A stretch of DNA of 64,000 nt from NCBI GenBank assembly GCA_963771465.1, contig CAVYTU010000011.1, positions 1 to 64,000 on the forward strand. Direction: 5' to 3'. A program made the position numbers and the translations under genes. A model generated the notes under the pieces. The model was not told the origin of the DNA. It saw only the letters and a program-made list of their open reading frames with translations, and searched no databases. The stretch comes from an uncultured delta proteobacterium. Its GTDB lineage: Bacteria > Desulfobacterota > Binatia > UBA9968. Shown here piece by piece: positions 44,966 to 54,838 of the stretch. Numbering within the stretch: position 1 is the stretch's first letter; each line of letters begins with the position of its first letter.

Positions 44966-45911
44966 CGCAATCGACCGGATCGAAGAAAATGCGGTGCGTA
45001 CAATTCCCACATTGACGATACTGCGATGGATAGTTCAACTTGGATTTGGGATTATCCTTCTATGGTGGATAGTCCGCTGGGTCGATGTTGATTCCGAACG
45101 TCTTTGGACAGCCGTAGGAAAGGCATCTCCTTTGGATCTTGCACTAGCTGTTGTGTTCTTCGTGATCTCCATCGGGCTCAAAACGATGCAATTCCGAATT
45201 TGTTTATCCTCGAACGTTTCAAACAAATATCTGTTTGGATTGCTTCTGTCCCAGAACGCACTTCTAACGATCTTACCTTGGAGAATCGGCGAAATCAGCC
45301 TGCCATTATTGTTGCGACGAAACCAAGATGTTCCACTGACAAAAAGTGTATCTAACATTTTGATGATTCGTTTGATCGACTTCGCATTTATTATCGTAGT
45401 CGCTGCCGCGACAAGCGGGCCTAAGATTCGTATCTATGTTTCATGGGTGACTCTATTTGTGATCGTTGTTATCCTAGGTTCGCTGTTTTATGCCGCTAAA
45501 CTTGTATTCCGACGAGTCCCAACACTCAAATTTGTCATTGCAATTAGCGTTGCATTTAAATCTCTTTCCAATCCCACAACTGTTGGTTCTATTGTCCTAT
45601 TTTCGGCCGGTGTGTTTGCCATGACTACGCTTCAGTCGGCATTTGCGCTTAGAGCCTTTGGCCTTACTATTCCGCTCCTGGAAGTTGCGATTCTAAATGC
45701 AGCAAGTCTTTTGGTTGCGGTATTACCATTACATCCTCCCGGCGGTTGGGGAACCATCGATCTGATCCAAGTTGTGTTGCTACACCAGCTCAATTTTCAA
45801 CCTGAGATTACGACACCAGTTATATTAGTGACACATTGTTTTTATACTCTACTCGTCCTATTGGGAGGAGGTTTTGGGTGGTGGCTATGTCGAAACATTT
45901 CCCACCGATAA
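44955..45911 (+). CDS. Lysylphosphatidylglycerol-synthase-TM / flippase-like membrane protein
   Basis: Multiple TMs; N..LP.RIGE, R..D, P.HPPGGWG. Confidence 0.75.
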   Translation: MQGDAIDRIEENAVRTIPTLTILRWIVQLGFGIILLWWIVRWVDVDSERLWTAVGKASPLDLALAVVFFVISIGLKTMQFRICLSSNVSNKYLFGLLLSQNALLTILPWRIGEISLPLLLRRNQDVPLTKSVSNILMIRLIDFAFIIVVAAATSGPKIRIYVSWVTLFVIVVILGSLFYAAKLVFRRVPTLKFVIAISVAFKSLSNPTTVGSIVLFSAGVFAMTTLQSAFALRAFGLTIPLLEVAILNAASLLVAVLPLHPPGGWGTIDLIQVVLLHQLNFQPEITTPVILVTHCFYTLLVLLGGGFGWWLCRNISHR

Positions 45912-46654
45912 AGAAATTGCGTTCGGGCTTTCTGAACGATGATCGTTGGGAAGCGCCCGACCGCGGATTTTTCGGACACCGTGACATTCTCGTACAAAGC
46001 CGCGCGCGATACGAATTCGTTGCGCCACAAGTTCAGGGCAGCTTGTTGGACGTAGGGTGTGGTCGCGGTTATGGGTTTGAAGTTTTGGCGCCAAGATGCA
46101 CTAAACAGTTGGGTATCGATATCTCGCTGACGTTTCTGTCCGAAGCCCGGCGTCGATTTCCGAGCGTTTTCATTGCCTGTGCCCAGGGAGATTCGTTGCC
46201 GGTTGCCGATTGTTCTTTCGACACCATTTTAGCCTTTGAGGTTATCGAGCATGCTGAAAACGACCAATTGTTTCTCGATGAGTTGCGACGAGTAGCTCGT
46301 CCTGACGCTTTAGTCGCAGTGTCGACACCGAACCGCCTCGTGTCATCAGGCGATCGTCAGAAGCCATTAAATCGTTTTCACCACCGCGAATATACAGCAA
46401 GTGAGTTTGACAGTTTGCTTAAAAGCAACTTTGCATCGGTTGAACTATTCGGACAGCATGAGCGCTTAAATACCAAAAGTTCACGTAACAAGATCATTGA
46501 TCGAATCCCGATTCGATTCAAGTACGCTCTCCCACATCTGATTCAAACGTTGGCAAGCGTAATTATACGTCCACCATTGCGCTTGGATGAATGCCAATTC
46601 CAAACATCAAGTTTGGAGAGCGCTCCAACATTTTTGGCTGTGTGTCGACGGTAA
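45887..46654 (+). CDS. Class I SAM-dependent methyltransferase
   Basis: RYEF, LDVGCGRGYG, FEVIEH, STPN, FH.REY. Confidence 0.9.
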   Translation: MSKHFPPIKKLRSGFLNDDRWEAPDRGFFGHRDILVQSRARYEFVAPQVQGSLLDVGCGRGYGFEVLAPRCTKQLGIDISLTFLSEARRRFPSVFIACAQGDSLPVADCSFDTILAFEVIEHAENDQLFLDELRRVARPDALVAVSTPNRLVSSGDRQKPLNRFHHREYTASEFDSLLKSNFASVELFGQHERLNTKSSRNKIIDRIPIRFKYALPHLIQTLASVIIRPPLRLDECQFQTSSLESAPTFLAVCRR

Positions 46655-46678
46655 TTAGTGCGTCGATTCTGAAAAACA

Positions 46679-47473
46679 ATGAGTATTACCTGCACTGAAT
46701 ATCTCCGTTATGGTTGGCAAATTGTTATCGGGTCACGTATTCAAGGAGAAATTCAGATTTCTGAAGAACGGAAAGGGGATGTTTCGGCGTACTTAGGCAG
46801 TCACCGTGAACTAAAAATTCTCGATCTTGGCAACGGCGCCCTGCGTCCCCAATATACGATTCTGGCGGCGGAAGGGCACAATATCTTCGGTGTTGACCTA
46901 GTGAACCGACCAACTGCAAATTGGCTTGGTGCGGCTTATAAAATCGCTCGGTCAACCATGCGATGGAAATTAGGTTTGTCACCCATTGAACGAATGGAGC
47001 GACTTATTTGTGGCGACGTTACACATCTTCCGTTTCCGACCGCGTCATTCGACCTGGTTACTTCCGTCGCGGCCTTTGAGCATTTCCTTCAAGTACCTGA
47101 GGTCGTGTCAGAAGTTCTGCGCGTTTTGAAACCGGGCGGTGTCGTATATGCTCGGATTCACCTTTTCACTTCACCATCGGGTGGGCACAATATTAGAGTT
47201 GCCGAGGTTCCGTTGCGCCATGTGCCGAAGGGTGTCGAACCATGGGATCATTTAAGGAAGCGTCGGTTGCCTTTGGATGTACCTCTAAACGAATGGCGCC
47301 AGGACCAATATCTCAAAGAGTTTGGGAAGCATTTTGACCTCCTGAAACATTATTGTGCAATGCGAGAGGGTGAGGAACTTTTAACTCCTGCCTTAGAGGC
47401 CGAACTCTCGACCTACAGAAGGGACGAATTGACGTGTGGTGCCTACGTCATCGTCGGTAGAAAGCCGTTGTAG
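46679..47473 (+). CDS. Class I SAM-dependent methyltransferase
   Basis: LDLGNG, LPF...SFD, FEH, RVLKPGG. Confidence 0.88.
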   Translation: MSITCTEYLRYGWQIVIGSRIQGEIQISEERKGDVSAYLGSHRELKILDLGNGALRPQYTILAAEGHNIFGVDLVNRPTANWLGAAYKIARSTMRWKLGLSPIERMERLICGDVTHLPFPTASFDLVTSVAAFEHFLQVPEVVSEVLRVLKPGGVVYARIHLFTSPSGGHNIRVAEVPLRHVPKGVEPWDHLRKRRLPLDVPLNEWRQDQYLKEFGKHFDLLKHYCAMREGEELLTPALEAELSTYRRDELTCGAYVIVGRKPL

Positions 47474-47678
47474 CCTATCCCCGTGTTATCAATCTATTTG
47501 TGTCGTGTGGGTAGTGGGTTCAGTCTCAGCCCTCTGCATCGGATACGAGTGAAAAAGGTTAGCACTCGGCCTAAAATCAACGCGAACAATCTTTTCCTAA
47601 GGGCTCATGCAATTTGATCAGGCGTGAGGTTAATATTTCGAGTATGCCATCATCTCGACTATTCGAGTCTCGTCTAAT

Positions 47679-50600
47679 CTAATTTGTCCCTCGCGTATCG
47701 TTAACGGTGAGCGGTGTGGTACCGATGAGACTGAAACTATTCGATCCAGTCTGGTTGTAGACTTCGACGGTTACCGGTCCAGCGCTTAGTCCGGGCGCGG
47801 GCCACCGATGCTAGTGGCGTCAGTGGGAAAGGGAACGGTGAGACTGGTTCCGGTACTGGAGGTGGCGCGAGCCTGGGCAATCGCCAAGCCGTTACGAACG
47901 AAGTTAACAACGGGCAGACCGAAGCCTTGATTGGTGAAACCGCCTCCGTTGATGGTGAAAGCGGCAGGTGGTGAAGCTAGATCGATGGGATTCGGCGTAA
48001 TTGAGCTGACACTAGGCGCAGCGCTCATATCGTTAACGGTGAGCGGTGTGGTACCGATGAGACTGAAACTATTCGATCCAGTCTGGTTGTAGACTTCGAC
48101 GGTTACCGGTCCAGCGCTTAGTCCTGGGCGCGGGCCACCGATGCTGGTGGCGTTAGTGGGAAAGGGGACGGTGAGAGTGGTTCCGGTAGTGGAGGTGGCG
48201 CGAGCTTGAGCGATAGCCAGACCGTTGCGCGCGAAGTTAACAACGGGCAGACCAAAGCCTTGATTGGTAAAACCACCTCCGTTGATGGTGAAAGCGGCGG
48301 GTGGTGAAGCTAGGTCGATGGGATTGGGCGTAATTGAGCTGACACTAGGCGCAGTGCGCGTATCGTTAACGGTGAGCGGTGTGGTACCGATGAGACTGAA
48401 ACTATTCGATCAGTCTGGTTGTAGACTTCGACGGTTACCGGTCCAGCGCTTAGTCCTGGGCGCGGGCCACCGATGCTGGTGGCGTTAGTGGGAAAGGGGA
48501 CGGTGAGAGTGGTTCCGGTAGTGGAGGTGGCGCGAGCTTGAGCGATAGCCAGACCGTTGCGCGCGAAGTTAACGACGGGCAGACCAAAGCCTTGATTCGT
48601 AAAACCACCTCCGTTGATGGTGAAAGTAGCGGGTGGAGAAGCTAGGTCGATCGGGTTCGGTGTAATTGAGCTGACACTGGGCGCAGCGCGCGTATCGTTT
48701 ACGGTGAGCGGTGTGGTGCCGATGAGGCTGAAACTACTGGATCCAGACTGGTTGTAAACCTCGACAGTTACCGGTCCAGCGCTTAGTCCTGGGCGCGGGC
48801 CACCGATGCTGGTGGCGTTAGTGGGAAAGGGGACGGTGAGAGTGGTTCCGGTAGTGGATGTGGCGCGAGCTTGAGCGATAGCCAGACCGTTGCGCGCGAA
48901 GTTAACGACGGGCAAGCCGAAGCCGAGATTGGCAAAGCCATTACCGGCAATGGTGAAAGTAGCGGGTGGAGAAGCTAGGTCGATCGGATTCGGTGTAATC
49001 GAGCTGACTTCGGCCCCAGCGCCGGTCACGGTGGCTGAAGCTCCAGCCCCGCCCGTGAAAATTACGTTACCGGCGAATGTTCCTAAAGATGTCGGCGCAA
49101 AACGCACTGTGACATTCTGACTCTGGCCGCCACTGAGACTGTACGTGCCCCCCGACACGATCGAATAGGGCGCGTTGGTTGTCGCGCTTCCCTCAAGTAT
49201 TCCCCCGCCGGTATTTCTGACTGTAAAATTCTTGTCGATGAAGCCACCCACGGCGACACCACCAAAGTTGATCGAGCTTGGCGTAACGCTGATTGTCGGG
49301 TTCGCAACGTTTACAGTCACCCGATCGTTGCCGGGGAATGTCAACGTATAAGTTCCGGCAGCCGTTGGTGTCCATTGAGCCTGAGTAAATCCCATCGCCT
49401 GCAGCTTGGTCCGAGCCGGCTCCGTCATCAGCCAGTGTTACCGTTCCACCTCCACTCACCGAGACACTTACGTTGCCGTTGGGATTGGCACAATTGATAT
49501 TCAACGACGCGAGCACCACCGGAACTCCGGGCGATGCGCTGATCGTACTGGCGACCGGTTGCAGGCGTGTTTGAATCGCGGAGTTCGAACAGGTCATGGC
49601 ACCGTTGGCATTGATACGTTTTCCGGTGATCGTATTCGCCATTGAGCTGACGGTATTTCCGCCGCTCAGTATGAGGTTTTTGATGACGCGCCAATCCCTA
49701 TTGAGATCTTGCGCTTTGAGCAATGCAGCGAGGCCGGTGACATGAGGGGTTGCCATCGAAGTGCCGTCGAGAGACGCATAATCTCCTCCGGGCACGGTGC
49801 TGAGTATGCCTTGTCCAGGGGCGCCGACATGGACTGTGCGGCGTCCGTAGTTGGAAAAGCCGGCTTTGGCATCGTTGCTTGTGGTTGCGGCGACGCAGAC
49901 GATATTCGCGAGGAAATAATTGCAGGGGTAGAACGGAGTCGTGTCGTTATTCTGTCCGATGCCAAACAAATTTCCATTGCCCGCCCCAGAGATGAAAAGT
50001 ATACCGGCCTGGCGTTGCTCGTTAATGGCGTCGTACAACGCCTGTGAATTCTCATCGCCGCCCCAGCTGTTGTTGCTAGCGACAATGTTTACGCCGCGTG
50101 CCTTGAGATCTTTAATATATTCTAGACACTCGATGGCGCCGTCCGTCGTAGCCGAACCATTGGCGTCAAAAAATTTGCACGCCAATAACTTTACGTTCCA
50201 GTTGACCCCGACGACGCCGGTGCCGTTGTTGCCCACTGCACCGATGGTGCCGGCGACATGGGTGCCGTGGTAGTGGTCGTCCATCGGGTCAGAGTCGCCA
50301 TTGGCCACGTCGATGCCGAAGCAGTCGTCGATGTAGCCATTGCCGTCGTCGTCTATGCCGTCGTTATTGCAGTCGGCCGTATTGCGGAACATGTTCGCTG
50401 CCAGATCCGGGTGATTGTAATCGATCCCGGTGTCGATGACGGCGACCACAACTTGACCGCTCCCGGTGGTAATATTCCACGCGCTTGGGGCGCTGATCTT
50501 GGTCAAGCCCCAGAGACTGCCATAACTTGGATCGTTGGGAGTCGCAGTAATTTTGGCATTGGCCGTCAAGTGCAAGATATGGTTAGGTTCAGCGTACAAG

Positions 50601-50899
50601 ACATCGGGGTCTTGATGGTAGAGATCGATGGCTTCTTCTACCGTAACATTGTGTGGCAGCTTGACGACTTCGAGTCCGGGAACGATTCTAAAAAGTTTCT
50701 TACGATTGCCCAAAACTCGGAAGCGGGCGAGATCTCTACGCGCTTCGTCGACGCCATCGCGAAACCTAACGATGATCTCGTCCGAGACATGCGCGATCAC
50801 CTTGCTGTCAGCTTGGGCGGCGTACAGGAATCCCGATCGAGTGTCCCAGCCAAAAAAAGCGACCAAAAACACCAGCGTTAAACCAAGCTGCGTAATCAT
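47679..50899 (-). CDS. Secreted subtilase (peptidase S8) with Ig-like C-terminal domains and four 111-aa repeats, split by three apparent indels
   Basis: Catalytic triad VIDTG / HGTHVAG / GTSMATP; then LADDG...D..AGDGIYS, an ASH/choice-of-anchor-D-like domain and the repeats; corrected stop TAG at 47679-47681. Confidence 0.9.
47690..49010 (-). repeat. Four near-identical 333-bp intragenic tandem repeats (IPT/TIG-like domains)
   Basis: Anchor TTAACGGTGAGC recurs at 47701, 48033, 48366 and 48698 (periods 332/333/332). Confidence 0.95.
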
Positions 50900-51393
50900 G
50901 ACTCCCTCCTGAACATAACGTTAGGTTCGCCATTTTTTGCGACACGGACCATGTGAAAGGGTTGCGTCAATGCTTGTGTGGTCATGGCGCCCGGCGCTGG
51001 TTGGAACTCCTTGTACGAAACTACAAGGTCTCGATCTTTTCGTTCTATGAACGTCATCTCCACGGCGTATCCGCCGGTCGGTTTCTCGCCGAGGAAGATC
51101 GCAATGACAAATTCTTTGTTGAAGTCGACTACGGGGGGCGCTGATGGATTCGTCTCCGTGGCAATATGCCGCTGCCAAAGTGTTGCCCATTCAGTTTGAT
51201 TGCGCGTGACTTGCTGCAAAAACTCGCGCACGCCGCTGCGATTGCCTTTAGCGATGGTTTGAAAGGCGACCTGGATCGTCGAGGTTGGCGCGGTCTCCAT
51301 GACGGCGATTCCCTCAGTTTGCTTCTGCGAGGTCAAATGACCCAGTACGGCAAATGAAAGAAGGAGCAAAGGTATGTGGCAAATCCAAATCAT
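50896..51393 (-). CDS. PrcB-family protease complex subunit
   Basis: P.VDF..E.VIAIFLGEKPTGGYAVE...TQALTQPFHMVRV; overlaps the subtilase start (ATGA). Confidence 0.85.
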   Translation of the reverse strand: MIWICHIPLLLLSFAVLGHLTSQKQTEGIAVMETAPTSTIQVAFQTIAKGNRSGVREFLQQVTRNQTEWATLWQRHIATETNPSAPPVVDFNKEFVIAIFLGEKPTGGYAVEMTFIERKDRDLVVSYKEFQPAPGAMTTQALTQPFHMVRVAKNGEPNVMFRRES

Positions 51394-51689
51394 TAGCCCT
51401 CGGCTTCCCGAGCAAGCAGCCTCCGCGGCGCTTAACCGGTTGGACGACTGATCTAGTACAGAGAGGCCCGGTCCGTCAACACGTCAAAAGTAGTCAACTT
51501 TCGTACGTGAAGAGCGGGTAGAAACTGTCTTCTTCTAAGGAGATATTTTCGAGCTTATGGCTGTCGGGCCGCGCTGCCTTAGTCGCTAGAGAGCTATGAC
51601 CATGTGCAGAGGCTGCAAACCTGTCTGGATGACGTTGCGGAGATAATCCAGTAGAATGCCGGATTTGTAACACGAGCTTCAAATTAAAC

Positions 51690-53198
51690 ATGCGACCTAT
51701 TCTTAGCCATCAAGTTCTTTTTGCAATGGGCTGTACTCTAGTACTTGCGTTGTTGGTACGTCTCGATGCGGCTCCGCCGGTATGGTGGGATGAGGGTTGG
51801 ACATTGTCCGTGGCTCGGAATTGGGTGGAATTGGGGCATTACGGCCGATTGCTAGACGGGCAGCCGGCGCCTCGCGGCTTGGAGGCAAGTTTCCCTGTTA
51901 CAGCCAGCATCGCTCTCGCTTTTCATCTTTTCGGCGTCGGCATCTATCAGGCGCGGCTTGTCGCAGTCGTTTTTACCTTGGCTACTCTCGTGCTTATGTA
52001 CGAGCTCACCCGCAGTTTCTATAATCGCTCGATCGCCCTGGCGACGCTGATTGTCGTAATCGTGATGAGCGGGCGCGGCGACATGAATCCGCTGATCGTT
52101 GGCCGGCAGGTATTGGCCGAAATTCCGATGCTGTTTTTCTTGCTTGCGGGCTATCTCTGCTTCCTTGCGGCCGAAAAGCGCGCGTTTGTATTCATACCCG
52201 CATCGATTTGTTTTTGGTCGGTTGCCCTCGTGGCAAAAGCTCAATCCTTTCCGTTTTGGGTGTTAGCTTTGGCGTTACCGCTATTATGTACGTTGGTTCG
52301 CCAACAGTGGCGCAGCGCGCGGCTGTTTGGCGCGGCTTTCGTTGGCACGCTGGCGCTCTACCAGTGTTTGCAATATCTGTTCGCTCTTTTTGCGCCATCG
52401 CCGCCGGTATCAGGGTTGGCGGAAATCGTCGCTCTGGTACTAGTCAAAGAGACGCGGGTGACCACTCTCATCGAAACATTCCAATTTGGTATGCCGACAC
52501 TGCTGGGGCTGTGCTGGGGCCTGAGGAGCTTTCTAAGGAGCGAGAGCAAACTACAAAGCCATCTTGACCTGGTTCGTTTCTCTTTCCTGGTTTTAGCTGG
52601 GAGTTGGTTTGGGTGGTTTGTCTTCTTGTCGATCGGCTACGCCCGATACATGTTTCCTCCAGTATTTTTGAGTGCTGTCTTTGTTGCTGTCATGCTCGAC
52701 GAATGGACCAATCATTTCGATGTCGAGTATATGCGCGAGCAATCGGTAAGTGTTCTCCAAAAGTTACAATTCCATTGGCACAAACTCTCTGCATTTGCTG
52801 CGACCGTCCTGATCGCGTTGTCGCTTGGACAAAGTTTGGGCGGTTTTTACGGAGCCTTTGTGCTTGCGTCAGATAATTCGATTCATGATACCATTCGGTT
52901 TCTAAACACCGTCACGCCTCCCAATGCGTTGATTGAAACCTTCGAGAGCGAGCTCTTGTTTCTGCTGGATCGCCGCTATCACTATCCGCCCGATCAGGTG
53001 CATGTCGAACTGATTCGCCGCTTGACCTTCGACTACCGCCTAAAGATCGACTACGATCCGCTAGCAGCGAATCCCGACTATCTGGTCGTCGGCCATCAAA
53101 GCAAATACATGGGTCTTTACGACCCGTATTTGAATACCAGAGCCTTTCGTTTGGTGAAGAAATTCTCGAGGTACGACATCTACGAACGGGTGAGATGA
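51690..53198 (+). CDS. GT-C membrane glycosyltransferase (ArnT/PMT-like, GT39)
   Basis: WWDE after TM1, FGV...ARL, multiple TMs, RY..P, soluble C-terminal domain. Confidence 0.85.
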   Translation: MRPILSHQVLFAMGCTLVLALLVRLDAAPPVWWDEGWTLSVARNWVELGHYGRLLDGQPAPRGLEASFPVTASIALAFHLFGVGIYQARLVAVVFTLATLVLMYELTRSFYNRSIALATLIVVIVMSGRGDMNPLIVGRQVLAEIPMLFFLLAGYLCFLAAEKRAFVFIPASICFWSVALVAKAQSFPFWVLALALPLLCTLVRQQWRSARLFGAAFVGTLALYQCLQYLFALFAPSPPVSGLAEIVALVLVKETRVTTLIETFQFGMPTLLGLCWGLRSFLRSESKLQSHLDLVRFSFLVLAGSWFGWFVFLSIGYARYMFPPVFLSAVFVAVMLDEWTNHFDVEYMREQSVSVLQKLQFHWHKLSAFAATVLIALSLGQSLGGFYGAFVLASDNSIHDTIRFLNTVTPPNALIETFESELLFLLDRRYHYPPDQVHVELIRRLTFDYRLKIDYDPLAANPDYLVVGHQSKYMGLYDPYLNTRAFRLVKKFSRYDIYERVR

Positions 53199-53311
53199 TT
53201 TGGCTCGGTTTCTCGCGTCATTACGAATAAACCATCGCGGCCAGCGGTGTTTTGACTCTCTTCCCTCCATCCATTACATTGTGGGAATTCCCTTCCAGAT
53301 TGGATCTATTG

Positions 53312-54763
53312 ATGGTTGAGATGGACAAGATTGTGTCGCTGTGTAAGCGGCGCGGGTTTATTTTTCAGTCGAGTGAGATTTATGGCGGGACGGGTTCCTG
53401 CTGGGACTACGGGCCGCTTGGCGTCGAGCTTAAGAACAACGTCAAGCGCGCTTGGTGGCGCGACTCGGTGCAGAACCGCGCCGATATGGTCGGGCTCGAC
53501 TCGTCGATTCTGATGCATCCGCGGGTTTGGCAGGCGAGCGGCCATCTGGACCATTTCACCGATCCGATGGTTGATTGCCGCGCTTGCAAGAAGCGCTTTC
53601 GTTCCGACAAAATCGATGAGGATATTTGGCTGCATTTCTGCGAAGCGACCAAGGGCAATAAATTCAATATTCCCGGCGGCGAAGCGTGCAAGCATTGCGG
53701 CAAGACGCGAACGCTTTGTCCGGCCTGCGGCAAGGGCGAGCTCACCGAGCCGCGCCAATTCAACTTGATGTTCAAGACGTTCATGGGGCCGGTGGAAGAA
53801 GACGCGGCGGTGGCCTATTTACGCCCGGAAACTGCCCAGGGCATCTTCGTCAACTTCGATAACGTGCTGCAGTCGATGCGCCTGAAACTGCCATTCGGTA
53901 TCGCCCAGATCGGTAAATCTTTTCGCAACGAAATCACGCCGGGCAACTTCACTTTTCGCACCCGCGAGTTCGAGCAGATGGAAATCGAGTTTTTCGTCAT
54001 GCCGGGCACGGATGAAGCGTGGCATCAGCGCTGGCTCGACGAACGCTTCGCCTGGTATCCGAAATACGGCATCCGCAAGGAAAATCTCCGCCTCCGTGAG
54101 CATGAAAAAGACGAACTGGCGCACTATGCTAAGCGTACGGCGGATATTGAGTATCTGTTCCCAATGGGCTGGAGCGAATTAGAAGGCGTCGCCAATCGCA
54201 CCGATTTCGATCTGAAACAGCACGCCGAGTTCAGTGGCAAGGCGCTCGACTATTTCGACGAGGAGACCAAACAGAAAATAATCCCCTACGTCATCGAACC
54301 TTCGGCCGGCGCCGACCGCGGCACGCTGGCATTTCTCGTCGACGCGTATCGCGAGGAAGAAGTGAAGGGCGAGAAGCGCGTGGTCTTGAATCTTCATCCT
54401 GAGCTGGCGCCGATCAAGATCGCCGTGCTGCCGCTGCTCAAGAAAAATTCCCGCATCGTCGAGACCGCGCACAAGCTCTGCGCTGATTTGCGCAAGCGTT
54501 GGCATTCCGTTTACGACGACACGGCGTCCATCGGCCGGCTTTACCGCCGGCAAGATGAAGTCGGCACGCCGTTTTGCGCCACGGTGGATGTTCAGACCGT
54601 CGGCGATGACAACGCGGCGGCCGACGATAAGGTCACCATTCGCGATCGCGACACGATGCAACAGATTCGCGTCGCGTTCAGTGCATTGCCCACAGTGATG
54701 GAGAAGCTCATGGCCGGGGAGTGGACCAGTGTTTATCGCGACCACGGCGTGTCGAAGACTTAA
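53312..54763 (+). CDS. glyQS: Glycine-tRNA ligase, homodimeric (alpha2) type
   Basis: KRRGF...[43 protein letters not shown]. Confidence 0.96.
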   Translation: MVEMDKIVSLCKRRGFIFQSSEIYGGTGSCWDYGPLGVELKNNVKRAWWRDSVQNRADMVGLDSSILMHPRVWQASGHLDHFTDPMVDCRACKKRFRSDKIDEDIWLHFCEATKGNKFNIPGGEACKHCGKTRTLCPACGKGELTEPRQFNLMFKTFMGPVEEDAAVAYLRPETAQGIFVNFDNVLQSMRLKLPFGIAQIGKSFRNEITPGNFTFRTREFEQMEIEFFVMPGTDEAWHQRWLDERFAWYPKYGIRKENLRLREHEKDELAHYAKRTADIEYLFPMGWSELEGVANRTDFDLKQHAEFSGKALDYFDEETKQKIIPYVIEPSAGADRGTLAFLVDAYREEEVKGEKRVVLNLHPELAPIKIAVLPLLKKNSRIVETAHKLCADLRKRWHSVYDDTASIGRLYRRQDEVGTPFCATVDVQTVGDDNAAADDKVTIRDRDTMQQIRVAFSALPTVMEKLMAGEWTSVYRDHGVSKT

Positions 54764-54838
54764 GTTTGTCCAGTTCTCGATCTGACCGACAACCCAAAGG
54801 ATAGGGCGATTCTTCGCTATTACGACCGCGTCAAGTTT

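Noticed and set aside
47690-49010. Long repeats as a CRISPR array or DGR template/variable pair
   Set aside because: Units are 333 bp, contiguous and coding, with no spacers, no cas or reverse transcriptase gene and no evident adenine-specific variation
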